From Candidatus Methylacidiphilales bacterium (GTDB taxonomy: Bacteria > Verrucomicrobiota > Verrucomicrobiia > Methylacidiphilales > JAAUTS01): a DNA stretch of 64,000 nucleotides. The translations under genes and the position numbers were made by a program. Within the stretch, counting starts at the first letter, position 1; each line of letters begins with the position of its first letter. Shown one piece after another: positions 1-8,792 of the stretch. The notes under the pieces were generated by a model. It did not search any database, was not told where the DNA came from, and saw only the letters and a program-made list of their open reading frames with translations. The stretch is taken from the NCBI GenBank assembly GCA_038250235.1, contig JBBSCO010000003.1:18761-82760 (forward strand), read 5' to 3'.

Positions 1-159
1 CGGCTGCACCAGATAAATGTCCAGACAAAGCCCCGCCGCTGCACCTTCCACCAACAACAATTCCTTTAGAGCCTCTGCACTGAGATCTTTGACCGTCCCG
101 GAGGCCCTGTTCAGGATTACCGGAATCACGGAAGCGGAAGCGGCAGATCGGTTGGACAT
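1..159 (-). CDS. N-terminal part of a probable diacylglycerol/lipid kinase family protein (runs off window)
   Basis: Manual translation from ATG at 159: MSNRSAASASVIPVILNRASGTVKDLSAEALKE...; ILNxxSG resembles the DAGK N-terminal NPxSG motif; frame open to window edge. Confidence 0.5.
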   Translation of the reverse strand, partial: MSNRSAASASVIPVILNRASGTVKDLSAEALKELLLVEGAAAGLCLDIYLVQP

Positions 160-384
160 TTCTTAAACATACATAACTTTGGATTGCCGCAAACTGAACA
201 TTGCGGGAGCATTTCCCGGTTGTTTTAAAAAAAGGGTGCCGAATGGCAAGGATGGCTTGCACGATTTTCCAAAATTAAAACAGACAATTTGCAGGCTTTA
301 AGCCCAATCTTCACTTCTTCTTTATACGTGTAAAAATTTGTAATTATCTGAAGGCCAGTGATTTATATGTATAAAATCACGATT

Positions 385-400
385 TGGCACGCCTATTGCA
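385..400 (+). promoter_or_regulatory. sigma54 (-24/-12) promoter
   Basis: TGGCACGCCTATTGCA matches TGGCAC-N5-TTGCA with GG-N10-GC spacing. Confidence 0.8.
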
Positions 401-411
401 TTAGAAAGGTT

Positions 412-495
412 ATGACAAAACAACTCGACAATATTATAACCTGCGTGGTGATTCTGGGATTTGGGCTTCTGATCAATATCGTCATGAGCACTTAG
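412..495 (+). CDS. 27-aa single-TM micro-protein (MTKQLDNIITCVVILGFGLLINIVMST)
   Basis: Manual translation; hydrophobic ~18-aa stretch; directly behind the sigma54 promoter; below ORF-track cutoff. Confidence 0.5.
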   Translation: MTKQLDNIITCVVILGFGLLINIVMST

Positions 496-638
496 TGACA
501 CCGACAGTAGGGTGCGTTGACAAGCCACGCTTACAAACCGTGGATTAAGGTCGATGTAGTCCCGGCAATTCTCGGTGTGCTTAAAGAGGACCACCTCTTT
601 TGTTCCACCACCCAAAAAAAGCTCAGCACCAAAACGCT

Positions 639-666
639 GAATGAATGTCGTGGAGTCGGCGTCTTA
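639..666 (+). promoter_or_regulatory. Candidate ECF-sigma promoter GAAT-N17-CGTC
   Basis: GAAT 639-642, CGTC 660-663, GTG start 8 nt later; same geometry at 36811-36835. Confidence 0.4.
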
Positions 667-671
667 CATAG

Positions 672-3275
672 GTGAACGCTACACATTTATCTCCCCCCAT
701 CTCCTATCCCAAATATCCCGTCTTTTTCTTGGGAACCATCATTTTAATAGTTTCCAGCTTCTGCGGCCTATCTTCCCTTAAGGGACAAAATACTCCTCCT
801 TGGCCGGAAGAAGAGGCAGAAGCCCTCACCCGCGGTCCCGTGCATGAAGCCTTTGCCTCTACCATCAGCTACAACCCGGAGGCAGGTCCTCTCATCAACA
901 AAGAGCCACCTGCCCCGATCGAAGAGCAGCCTCCAGAACTAAAGCCCGAAGGAACAAACATCATCTGGCTTTCCGGCTACTGGGCTTGGGATGACGAACG
1001 CAATACCTACCTCTGGATCAGCGGAGTATGGCGCGATATTCCTCCGGGTCGTCAATGGATTCCCGGTTACTGGAATAGTACCGACTCCGGATTCCAGTGG
1101 ATTTCAGGCTATTGGGCAACTTTGAGCAGCACCCAACCAAGGTATTTGTCCCAGCCTCCGTCAAGCCTTGAAAACGGACCGAATATCGCGATCCCCTCAG
1201 TTGAGTATGTCTGGGTTCCGGGCGTCTGGATCTGGCAGGGTCGCTATGTTTGGAGACCTGGCTACTGGGTTCGGGGGCGTCCCGATCTTTCCTGGACTCC
1301 GGACACTTATGTTTATACCCCCCATGGATACATCTACGTGGACGGCTACTGGGATTACCCTGTGGTCCGCCGGGGTGTTCTCTTCGCCCCCGTCTATTGG
1401 CACAAACCTGTTTACGCCCGCAGGAGCTACTATTATCGCCCATCGATTGTTATCAATCTTTCCATTTTTTCAGACTGTCTTTTTGTCCGACCCCGTTACC
1501 GCCACTACTATTTCGGCGATTATTATGGTCCCGCCTACCGCCAAAGCGGATTCTACACATCAATCTCTTTTGGTTCCAACCGCCGGGGATACGACCCCAT
1601 TCACAGGCATCAGCGCTGGGAGAACCGTCATGACCGGAATTGGGAAATCAGCGCCCGCAGAACTTACGAAACTAGACGCGGCGACCAATCCGCACGTCCG
1701 CCCCGCAGCTTCGCCGAGCAACAAACCAGGAAGACGCAACGCAACGAGTCCCAGACAGCTTCGCCTGACATTGCCACACCGCTCGTAGAAGCCTCACACA
1801 ACAATCCCGGACAAAAGGAGTTCCGCAAAGTTTCGGCATCCGAAAACGAAAAACAGATGCAGGAAGTGCGGCAGGCCCGCCTCGATTCAGTGGATCGCCA
1901 AAAAAAGGAATCCAAAATACGTCCGGAAAAGTCATTGGCGGAGAAACAGCAGGAAGATCTACCGCTTGCCCCCTCACGGGAAAAAAACACAAATACTTCC
2001 GAACGCTCAGTCGGCGAAAACGCGGAGCGAACCGGCTCCGATCAACAGACGCTCCTTGGGCAGGATCAGATCCCCCTGGTGGAAGACAATGAGAGACAGC
2101 GCAAAACGCCAAAAGTAAAAAATACCGAAACCCGGAAAGCTTTTACTGAAGAAAACAGGCCGGGGGCACAGGATGACAGTATTTCTAAAAATCCCGAAAA
2201 AGAGCGCCGTTCCGAAAATGTGGATCCCAAACCTGATCCTTCACAGGTGGCAAAAAACCAAGCAGAACAGCCAACCGTTCCAAGCGAAAAGGAGGAAAAT
2301 CCTACCGTCCGCCAAACATCTGAAACCAACAACGGAAATGAAGCGCGCCGTTCTGAAGAAAGACTTCAAAGACAAGCTCAAAAGCAACAACAACGCCGGA
2401 CTGAACAACAGGCTCAAGAGCAGGCCGAACAACCACAACCAATCCAAACTGAACAGCAGGCTCAAAAGCAGGATCAGCAAGAGCAACAACCAGAAACTTC
2501 AAAACAGACTCAAAAGCAAGCTGAACAACCACAACAAAGTCAAAGTGAGCAACAGGCAGAGAAGCAAGCCAAACAAGAGCAACCTCAAGCTGAAAACCAG
2601 GCTCAAGAACAAACCGAACAACAGCAAGAACGCCAAGCTGAGCAGCAGGCTCAAAAACAAGCACAACAAGAACAACGCCAGGCTGAAAAACAGGCTCAAA
2701 AGCAAGCCGAACAACAGCAAGAACGCCAAGCTGAGCAACAGGCTCAAAAGCAAGCACAACAAGAACAACGCCAGGCTGAGCAACAAGCCCAAAAGCAGGC
2801 CGAACAACAACAACAGCGCCAAGCTGAGCAACAGGCCCAAAAGCAGATCGAGCAAGAACAACGCCAAGCTGAAAAACAGGCTCAAAAGCAGGCTGAACAA
2901 CAGCAAGAACGCCAAACTGAGCAACAGGCTCAAAAGCAAGCACAACAAGAACAACGCCAAGCTGAACAACAAGCCCAAAGACAGGCCGAACAACAACAAC
3001 AGCGCCAAGCAGAACAGCAGGCTCAAAAGCAGGCCGAACAACAGCAACGCCAAGCAGAACAGCAGGCTCAAAGACAGGCCGAGCAAGAGCAACGCCAAGC
3101 TGAACAACAAGCCCAAAGACAGGCCGAACAACAGCAACGCCAAGCTGAACAACAAGCCCAAAGACAGGCCGAACAACAGCAACAACGCCAAGCAGAACAG
3201 CAGGCTCAAAGACAGGCCGAGCAAGAGCAACGCAACTCCGAACGAGAAGAGCGAAAAAAACCTCAGAAGGATTGA
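672..3275 (+). CDS. Exported YXWGXW-repeat protein with long Gln/Glu/Ala-rich coiled-coil tail
   Basis: N-terminal hydrophobic segment; repeated WxxGYW motifs (WLSGYWAW, WIPGYWN, WISGYWA, WRPGYWV); C-terminal QAEQQAQKQ repeats. Confidence 0.85.
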   Translation: MNATHLSPPISYPKYPVFFLGTIILIVSSFCGLSSLKGQNTPPWPEEEAEALTRGPVHEAFASTISYNPEAGPLINKEPPAPIEEQPPELKPEGTNIIWLSGYWAWDDERNTYLWISGVWRDIPPGRQWIPGYWNSTDSGFQWISGYWATLSSTQPRYLSQPPSSLENGPNIAIPSVEYVWVPGVWIWQGRYVWRPGYWVRGRPDLSWTPDTYVYTPHGYIYVDGYWDYPVVRRGVLFAPVYWHKPVYARRSYYYRPSIVINLSIFSDCLFVRPRYRHYYFGDYYGPAYRQSGFYTSISFGSNRRGYDPIHRHQRWENRHDRNWEISARRTYETRRGDQSARPPRSFAEQQTRKTQRNESQTASPDIATPLVEASHNNPGQKEFRKVSASENEKQMQEVRQARLDSVDRQKKESKIRPEKSLAEKQQEDLPLAPSREKNTNTSERSVGENAERTGSDQQTLLGQDQIPLVEDNERQRKTPKVKNTETRKAFTEENRPGAQDDSISKNPEKERRSENVDPKPDPSQVAKNQAEQPTVPSEKEENPTVRQTSETNNGNEARRSEERLQRQAQKQQQRRTEQQAQEQAEQPQPIQTEQQAQKQDQQEQQPETSKQTQKQAEQPQQSQSEQQAEKQAKQEQPQAENQAQEQTEQQQERQAEQQAQKQAQQEQRQAEKQAQKQAEQQQERQAEQQAQKQAQQEQRQAEQQAQKQAEQQQQRQAEQQAQKQIEQEQRQAEKQAQKQAEQQQERQTEQQAQKQAQQEQRQAEQQAQRQAEQQQQRQAEQQAQKQAEQQQRQAEQQAQRQAEQEQRQAEQQAQRQAEQQQRQAEQQAQRQAEQQQQRQAEQQAQRQAEQEQRNSEREERKKPQKD
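2370..3235 (+). repeat. Degenerate coding tandem repeats (~45-48 bp units encoding RQAEQQAQ(K/R)QAEQQQ)
   Basis: Recurrent cgccaagctgaacaacaggctcaaaagcaggccgaacaacag-type units. Confidence 0.9.
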
Positions 3276-3405
3276 GACACTTTATTCAAAATCGTCATGC
3301 AACTTGCCAAAGCCTGATAGATTCTTTTGCAACTTGCAGCAAAGCTCCATAATCCCTTTGACCAATGGAAAAAATTTTCCTCTGTAAAGCTGCGGCATCA
3401 CGAAA

Positions 3406-3421
3406 CTGGCACATCCTATGC
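3406..3421 (+). promoter_or_regulatory. sigma54 promoter
   Basis: CTGGCACATCCTATGC, GG-N10-GC spacing. Confidence 0.65.
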
Positions 3422-3434
3422 GTTGAAGAGGAAC

Positions 3435-3620
3435 GTGATCTCTTCTTCCCAAAAAAAAGGAAGGCCTGTGCCCCCCGGACCCCGTCCCATCAACGTCAGA
3501 TTAACCTGTGCTTGGTGTGGAAAATCGCTTCAGCCCAGGGTTATTCCAGCAGATAATGACATCGTCAGCCATGGTATCTGCCTCAAATGCAGAAGAATCC
3601 ATTTTTCAATTCCCGCCTGA
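3435..3620 (+). CDS. Small zinc-ribbon-like protein (CAWC...SHGICxxC)
   Basis: LTCAWCGK...VSHGICLKC; likely start GTG 3435 or 3468 rather than 3327. Confidence 0.65.
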   Translation: MISSSQKKGRPVPPGPRPINVRLTCAWCGKSLQPRVIPADNDIVSHGICLKCRRIHFSIPA

Positions 3621-3657
3621 CGACGATACGTTTTTCCGTTGAAACGTGGTCGCACCA

Positions 3658-3696
3658 GGGCCTGTTAGCGGATAAAATGGGCTGGAGCCGGGGCAG
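3658..3696 (+). mobile_element. Solo end of the GGGCCTGTTA MITE family
   Basis: GGGCCTGTTAGCGGATAAAATGGGCTGGAGCCGGGGCAG resembles both TIRs of 30035-30334 and its GCTGGAGTCGGGCAG subterminal segment. Confidence 0.6.
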
Positions 3697-3711
3697 TCAA
3701 GCGGCGAAGGA

Positions 3712-4581
3712 TCAAAGCACCAAACTTTTTACCAAAAGATCCTTGAGCAGTCCCGCATCAGTGGCCGAAGTCTTGGCCACAAAACCACGTGCATGGGCGA
3801 AGTGAACTGTTTCATTTCCGGCAATCTTGGTGAAGTCCAGACGGGCATTGTCGCGGAAGCGGGACAATCCATAACCCGCGCCCCGACGGTCCGGGTAGAT
3901 CAAACCCACCACCGCCTCCGTCAAACCCCTGCTTTCAATAAACTGGTCCAATCCGCTGGAAGGTTCCTCCGGCATGGGCTCCGTGCGGGGAAGAAACAAA
4001 AACAACGCTGGGCTCCCGCCTCTTTCCAGAGTCCAGAATTCCGCATGTTGCCCGATAAAATTCAGACGTGCCCTTAAAGATTTCACGTATTCGAGCAGGT
4101 CCGCGCCTATCATGTGCATGATCTCCCAAAGCGGTTCGCCCGGTGACAACACCTGTACCAGGGAAAAGCGCCGCAACAAGGTCACATCTATCGGGGAGTT
4201 CAGCTTGTTTAACAGATCCCGCTCCACCCCCAACCATTTCGCCGTACTGTTGGGTCCCCGGCAATCAAACCACTCCGCCGGTTCCAGCCATTCACAAAAT
4301 TCCCTCGCATCTTCGTAAAGCCCGAGATGCTGCAGAACCAGCGAAAGCGAGCAGGTCGGGGGATGTTCTTTCGGAAACTGGTGGTGATCAAAGTTTTTCA
4401 GGGAGGAATCATGCTGATGTCCGACGTCCAGAACACAGATGTCCGGATTCGCCAAATCCTCCAGAGTAGGCTCCCTCCGTTCAATCCTAACCGAGTGCTG
4501 GGCCAAAAGAACACAGCAGGCCAGGAACTCGTCCTTATGGGAACTGCCGGGGTGGGTTAAAAGGTAGTCAATGTCGGACAT
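3712..4581 (-). CDS. MYG1-family metal-dependent hydrolase/exonuclease
   Basis: THPGSSHKDEFLAC, DVG...FDHHQ and FAHARGF motifs; start placed at MSDIDY. Confidence 0.8.
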   Translation of the reverse strand: MSDIDYLLTHPGSSHKDEFLACCVLLAQHSVRIERREPTLEDLANPDICVLDVGHQHDSSLKNFDHHQFPKEHPPTCSLSLVLQHLGLYEDAREFCEWLEPAEWFDCRGPNSTAKWLGVERDLLNKLNSPIDVTLLRRFSLVQVLSPGEPLWEIMHMIGADLLEYVKSLRARLNFIGQHAEFWTLERGGSPALFLFLPRTEPMPEEPSSGLDQFIESRGLTEAVVGLIYPDRRGAGYGLSRFRDNARLDFTKIAGNETVHFAHARGFVAKTSATDAGLLKDLLVKSLVL

Positions 4582-4687
4582 TGCCAAAAACGTAACGGGT
4601 TTGCCCAAAGTTCCAAGCTTTGTCGTTGGCACGGGACCGTCCGGATTTTGCATTGGCCCGTTTCCCTTCTTCCGGCACCATTCATCC

Positions 4688-5761
4688 TTGACGACTCCGC
4701 CCGACAACTGCCTACCGCCCCCGCAGATCTGCGAAAAACTGGAAAACATAGTCGCCCGTTTCGGCGGCACCTTGAGAAATCTTCCGGATATAGCGGGTCA
4801 GACCTATTTCTTGCCTTCCCGGGCCCCTAGTGAGTTTCGCCGTTTCTTCCAGGATTCCTGCCAAACAAGTCCTCACAACAATTTTATCGTCCGGCTTCCA
4901 GGCGGACGTGTCTTTGGATCAGGTTGCATTCTTTCCCCGGACGGAAAAAGTATCGCACGGGATGTGTCGATCGACTTCGGAAAAACTTTCCATGAACATT
5001 GGCTGCTCGGTTATCCCAAAATGCGACCCGCGAAAGTTTTGTCAGGGATCACCGCTGTCATCGCCACCACGCTGGGCTCGGGATACAGTCATTGGCTGCT
5101 GGAAGAATTACCCCGGCTCCTTGCACTGAAGGACATCAGCTTTGACCGCCTGATTGCCCACAGTCGGAATGAGTATAATCAAACAGCCCTCAAGTTGGGC
5201 GGATATGCTGGAGAAGTGTTGGAGCCTCTGCGGTTCTCCCACCACGTTTGCGAAACCCTGCTGGTGCCCGGCCTGAGCGGAGAAGTCGGGAACCCCTCAT
5301 TTGTCTCAGTCCAGGCCATCCACGACTTTACTGCACCGCTACATGAAAAAAATCCCCCTTCTGCTGAAAAAATTTATATCAGCCGCTCCAAAGCCAGGCG
5401 GCGCCGGATCACCTTAGAATCGGCTTTGATTGAAGCGCTCGAAAAAAAAGGATTCGGGATCGTTCATCCCGAAACCATGAACTGGAAAGAGCAGATCAAC
5501 CTCTTCCGACACGCCAAGGTCATTGTCACCGCCCACGGTGCCGCCCTGGCCAATCTTGTCTTCTGCCGACCCGGTACAAAGGTTATCGAACTTTTCAACC
5601 GCCGTTATCTCAACGGTTGTTACTGGAAACTGGCCTCTGTCCGGAAACTTGAGTATCACCCTGTTTTCCCCCCATTGGGCGAACCTCTTTCGGGTGTCAG
5701 TGGGAATAATCGCCTGGATATTACGTATAACCTTAAGCAGGTGACGATGCTCCTTGATTAG
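4688..5761 (+). CDS. Glycosyltransferase family 61 (DUF563)
   Basis: YSHWLLEELPRL, KIYISR, EQINLF...AHGAALANLVFC...VIELF; start uncertain (ORF opens at 4571). Confidence 0.8.
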   Translation: MTTPPDNCLPPPQICEKLENIVARFGGTLRNLPDIAGQTYFLPSRAPSEFRRFFQDSCQTSPHNNFIVRLPGGRVFGSGCILSPDGKSIARDVSIDFGKTFHEHWLLGYPKMRPAKVLSGITAVIATTLGSGYSHWLLEELPRLLALKDISFDRLIAHSRNEYNQTALKLGGYAGEVLEPLRFSHHVCETLLVPGLSGEVGNPSFVSVQAIHDFTAPLHEKNPPSAEKIYISRSKARRRRITLESALIEALEKKGFGIVHPETMNWKEQINLFRHAKVIVTAHGAALANLVFCRPGTKVIELFNRRYLNGCYWKLASVRKLEYHPVFPPLGEPLSGVSGNNRLDITYNLKQVTMLLD

Positions 5762-5823
5762 GCTCTGTTAAACCCCGGAATTTCCGGTTTCACCTTTTCT
5801 GTTTCCAGCCTATGGTTGGCCCA

Positions 5824-7143
5824 ATGAAGTCCCGTCTTGCACGCTTTCTGTTTTTCATCCGCATCCAATGGCCCTTGCTCCTCGCCGGTTTCTTGGTTCT
5901 GCTCGCTTTCTATATAACATTCCAATTCGTAGAAGAAGCTCCACCCAAAGAAATCACCCTGGCATCGGGACCCAAGGGAGGTGGCTACGATTATTTTGCA
6001 GCACAATACGCAGAAGCCATGGCCAAGGAAGGCGTCAGGGTTAAGATCCTCGAAACCAAAGGTTCTCTGGAAAATCTGCAACTCCTGCAGGATCCGGAGT
6101 CCGGTGTCGATGTGGCCTTCACTCAGGGAGGCGTGGGCTGGATGTCCGGTGCCTACACTTATTCTCCTGAAGAATCCTCCATCCGTTCCATCGCCAAGAT
6201 TTACGAGGAGCCGCTCTGGATTTTTACCCTTAACAAGGCGGGTTTTGCCGCCCTGCGTGACTTGAAAGGCAAACGCATCGCCGTCGGACCCAAAGGCAGC
6301 GGGGCCAACGCCCTGGGTGTTGACCTGCTGAAATGGAGCGGTGTCACAGCTGAAAATGCCCTCTTTATCGAACTCAGCCAGGACGATGCCTTGAAAGCCC
6401 TGATCGACGGCAAGGCCGATGTTGCCTTTTTTGTCGGAGGAACAGGCTCACCCTTCCTAAGGCGATGCGCTTCCAATCCGGCCCTGCAACTGCACTCCTT
6501 TGACGATGCTGATGCCTACCTTCGCCGATTTCCTTACCTCAGTGCCGTCAGGCTTCCCCGCAGTGTTCTGGATCTGGGACTGAACATCCCGCCTTCCGAT
6601 GTCATCCTCCTGGCTCCTGCCGCCACCTTGGCCACGCGCAAAAACCTTCACGATGCCCTGGCATATCTTTTCCTGGATACAGCCAAAAAACTTCACGGAG
6701 GGCACAGTATCCTTTCCAACGCGGGTGCCTTTCCCTCAGCCGGAAATCTCGAATTTCCCTTACACCATGAAGCAGCCCGTTATTTCAAAAGCGGCCCGCC
6801 TCTCCTGCAACGTTTCCTGCCTTACCATATCGCAGCCTTCATCGACCGCACCAAAATATTGATACTTCCTCTTCTGACCCTTCTGCTGCCTCTGATCAAA
6901 ATCGCCTACCCTACCTACCGTTGGTCCATCCGCCGGAAAATCTGGAAGTGGTACAAAAGCGTCGGTGCGATCGAATCCGAATACCACGGGGGACAATCCA
7001 AACAGGAAGACCTCATGAGACGGATTCAGGACCTTGAAAAAAGCGTGTCAGAAGTTCAGGTTCCTTTTGCTTATGCCTCGGAGCTCTATACCCTCCGCCA
7101 TCATATTGTCATGATCCGAAAAATGGTGGTAGCGGAGGAGTAA
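5824..7143 (+). CDS. TAXI-family TRAP solute-binding protein with C-terminal TM extension
   Basis: ASGPKGGGY, TKGSLENL, DLKGKRIAVGPKGSG, FPLHHEAARYF; N- and C-terminal TM segments. Confidence 0.85.
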   Translation: MKSRLARFLFFIRIQWPLLLAGFLVLLAFYITFQFVEEAPPKEITLASGPKGGGYDYFAAQYAEAMAKEGVRVKILETKGSLENLQLLQDPESGVDVAFTQGGVGWMSGAYTYSPEESSIRSIAKIYEEPLWIFTLNKAGFAALRDLKGKRIAVGPKGSGANALGVDLLKWSGVTAENALFIELSQDDALKALIDGKADVAFFVGGTGSPFLRRCASNPALQLHSFDDADAYLRRFPYLSAVRLPRSVLDLGLNIPPSDVILLAPAATLATRKNLHDALAYLFLDTAKKLHGGHSILSNAGAFPSAGNLEFPLHHEAARYFKSGPPLLQRFLPYHIAAFIDRTKILILPLLTLLLPLIKIAYPTYRWSIRRKIWKWYKSVGAIESEYHGGQSKQEDLMRRIQDLEKSVSEVQVPFAYASELYTLRHHIVMIRKMVVAEE

Positions 7144-7519
7144 GAGCCTATCTTATACTCTGGCTTCCGCGCTTTTCGCAGAGTCGGCCTACTTTTCGTT
7201 CCATCCCGGATACGTCCCGTTGAGGTCGATCTAGATTAACGGGTAGGGCAAAGTGCCACTTATTCATATCATATCCCTAAATGTAATTGATTTTAGGTTT
7301 TTCGCCCTTTTTATGCGCCGTCCGTTGCTTAAAAAATACTCCTTTACATTCCAGCGAATCCTGCGAATTTTTGAGCCTGATCAATCGCTTCCTTCTGAAG
7401 CCTAGTGTAGTGTCTCAGGTCTCCTGTTCGCTCCCAAAGGTAATCCACTCGTGCAGTCATGTGCGTTCTTCAACAGTCAGCGCGGGGTCAATAACCTCAA
7501 TCAAGAAAAATAGAAACAT

Positions 7520-7879
7520 ATGAAATTATACGTAGGAAACCTGTCCTTTAAAACAACCGAAGCAGATCTCAGCGACCTCTTCGAACCATTCGGTAAAATC
7601 ACCGACACTAACATGATCATGGACCGTGAAACCCAACGCCCCCGCGGCTTTGCTTTTGTCACCATGAGCAGCGCTGCCGAAGGCAATGCCGCAATCGAAG
7701 GCCTCAATGGCAAATCTGTCGATGGCCGTGACCTCACCGTCAACGAAGCCAAACCCATGGAATCCCGCGATGGCGGCGGTTCACGCGGACCCCGTCGTGA
7801 CTTCGGCGGGGGCGGCGGTGGTGGCCGTTCCAGCGGTGGTGGTGGTGGTGGCGGTGGTGGATATCGCGATCGTCGCTAA
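7520..7879 (+). CDS. RRM RNA-binding protein with Gly-rich tail
   Basis: RNP2 KLYVGNL, RNP1 [16 protein letters not shown]. Confidence 0.95.
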   Translation: MKLYVGNLSFKTTEADLSDLFEPFGKITDTNMIMDRETQRPRGFAFVTMSSAAEGNAAIEGLNGKSVDGRDLTVNEAKPMESRDGGGSRGPRRDFGGGGGGGRSSGGGGGGGGGYRDRR

Positions 7880-7895
7880 TTACTGACCTTCAACT

Positions 7896-7937
7896 AAAAA
7901 ACGTCTACGGGCCTTAAAGCTTGTGGACGTTTTTTTT
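7896..7937 (+). terminator. Intrinsic terminator
   Basis: ACGTCTACGGGC/GCTTGTGGACGT stem flanked by A- and T-tracts. Confidence 0.8.
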
Positions 7938-8126
7938 GTCCATTTTTTCCTAGCCTTTGCCTAAAATCCTTTCATAGATATCTCCCGCGATTCCGCGCAT
8001 ATCGCACGAACCAGACGTCCGCTGTCGTGCAAGTATCCTGACTCTGGGAAGCGGACAAGTGGACGACGGATGTCAGGAATAAAGGAAGTCACTATCCAAG
8101 AATGACTTGGGTTAAAGTCGAAAGAA

Positions 8127-8143
8127 CTGGCACTTACCCTGCA
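8127..8143 (+). promoter_or_regulatory. sigma54 promoter
   Basis: CTGGCACTTACCCTGCA, GG-N10-GC spacing; ATG at 8156. Confidence 0.7.
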
Positions 8144-8155
8144 TTAAAGAAAGGC

Positions 8156-8719
8156 ATGAGCACCTCAATCATGAAACCCACCTTATTCAAAGGTCTTTCA
8201 GAAATGGTGGCATCTGAAGAACACCTCTGTTCTTGTGTCAAAATCCAGGAGGAAGACCCGGTGCTGGTTAATTCCCCCGATCTACTTTATCTCCTGAGCG
8301 GGATCAGGGCTTTCTCCGAGGAGCATCTGGAAGAACTACACCGCGTGCTTGAACATCATGGGGACAACGGCAATTCACTCCTGAGGGACGCCATGTTGGC
8401 ACTGGCTGGCACAGCCATGACCGTGGCCAACAAACTCCACCCGCATTCCCCATCCGAAATCCTCCGTGAAGATTACATCTCGCTGAACATGATCGCCGTC
8501 GATTATAAGACCCTCCACACAACTGGACTGGCGGCGGGCTGCACGATGACGGCGGATGCTGCTATCAAGCATCTAAGAGACTATACGATCTTTATTAAGG
8601 AGCTCAGCCAGACCGTTGTTCCAGTCGCGGTGGAAGAAGTAAAAACGGATAACTCCACCAGGTCCAGAAAAGCCGGTTATGCAGCCATGAACATCAAACA
8701 CGCCTGTAGGATGCTCTGA
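8156..8719 (+). CDS. Helical hypothetical protein, probably ferritin-like (DUF892-like)
   Basis: EEH motifs, LREDY...YKTLHTTGLA...KHLRDY pattern; start moved to the ATG behind the sigma54 site. Confidence 0.6.
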   Translation: MSTSIMKPTLFKGLSEMVASEEHLCSCVKIQEEDPVLVNSPDLLYLLSGIRAFSEEHLEELHRVLEHHGDNGNSLLRDAMLALAGTAMTVANKLHPHSPSEILREDYISLNMIAVDYKTLHTTGLAAGCTMTADAAIKHLRDYTIFIKELSQTVVPVAVEEVKTDNSTRSRKAGYAAMNIKHACRML

Positions 8720-8792
8720 ACAACATGGTTAGAGAATCATCCGGCATCCTGCGTTTAAACACAATCCCAACAACCCGAGAAAACAAAGAGAC

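Noticed and set aside
322..615. 97-aa minus-strand ORF
   Set aside because: No recognisable motif; overlaps the sigma54 promoter and the + strand micro-ORF
2370..3235. Repeat array as a CRISPR
   Set aside because: In-frame coding repeats, no unique spacers, no cas genes
2173..3387. Long alternative-frame ORFs (404-aa Asn/Lys-rich; 243-aa Leu-rich antisense)
   Set aside because: Shadows of the low-complexity Gln repeats, which lack stop codons in several frames
4571..4770. 200-bp head-to-head overlap of MYG1 and GT61 ORFs
   Set aside because: Caused by longest-ORF starts; MYG1 motifs begin right after Met 4581
7243..7259. TGGCAC on the minus strand as a sigma54 site
   Set aside because: No GC at GG-N10 spacing
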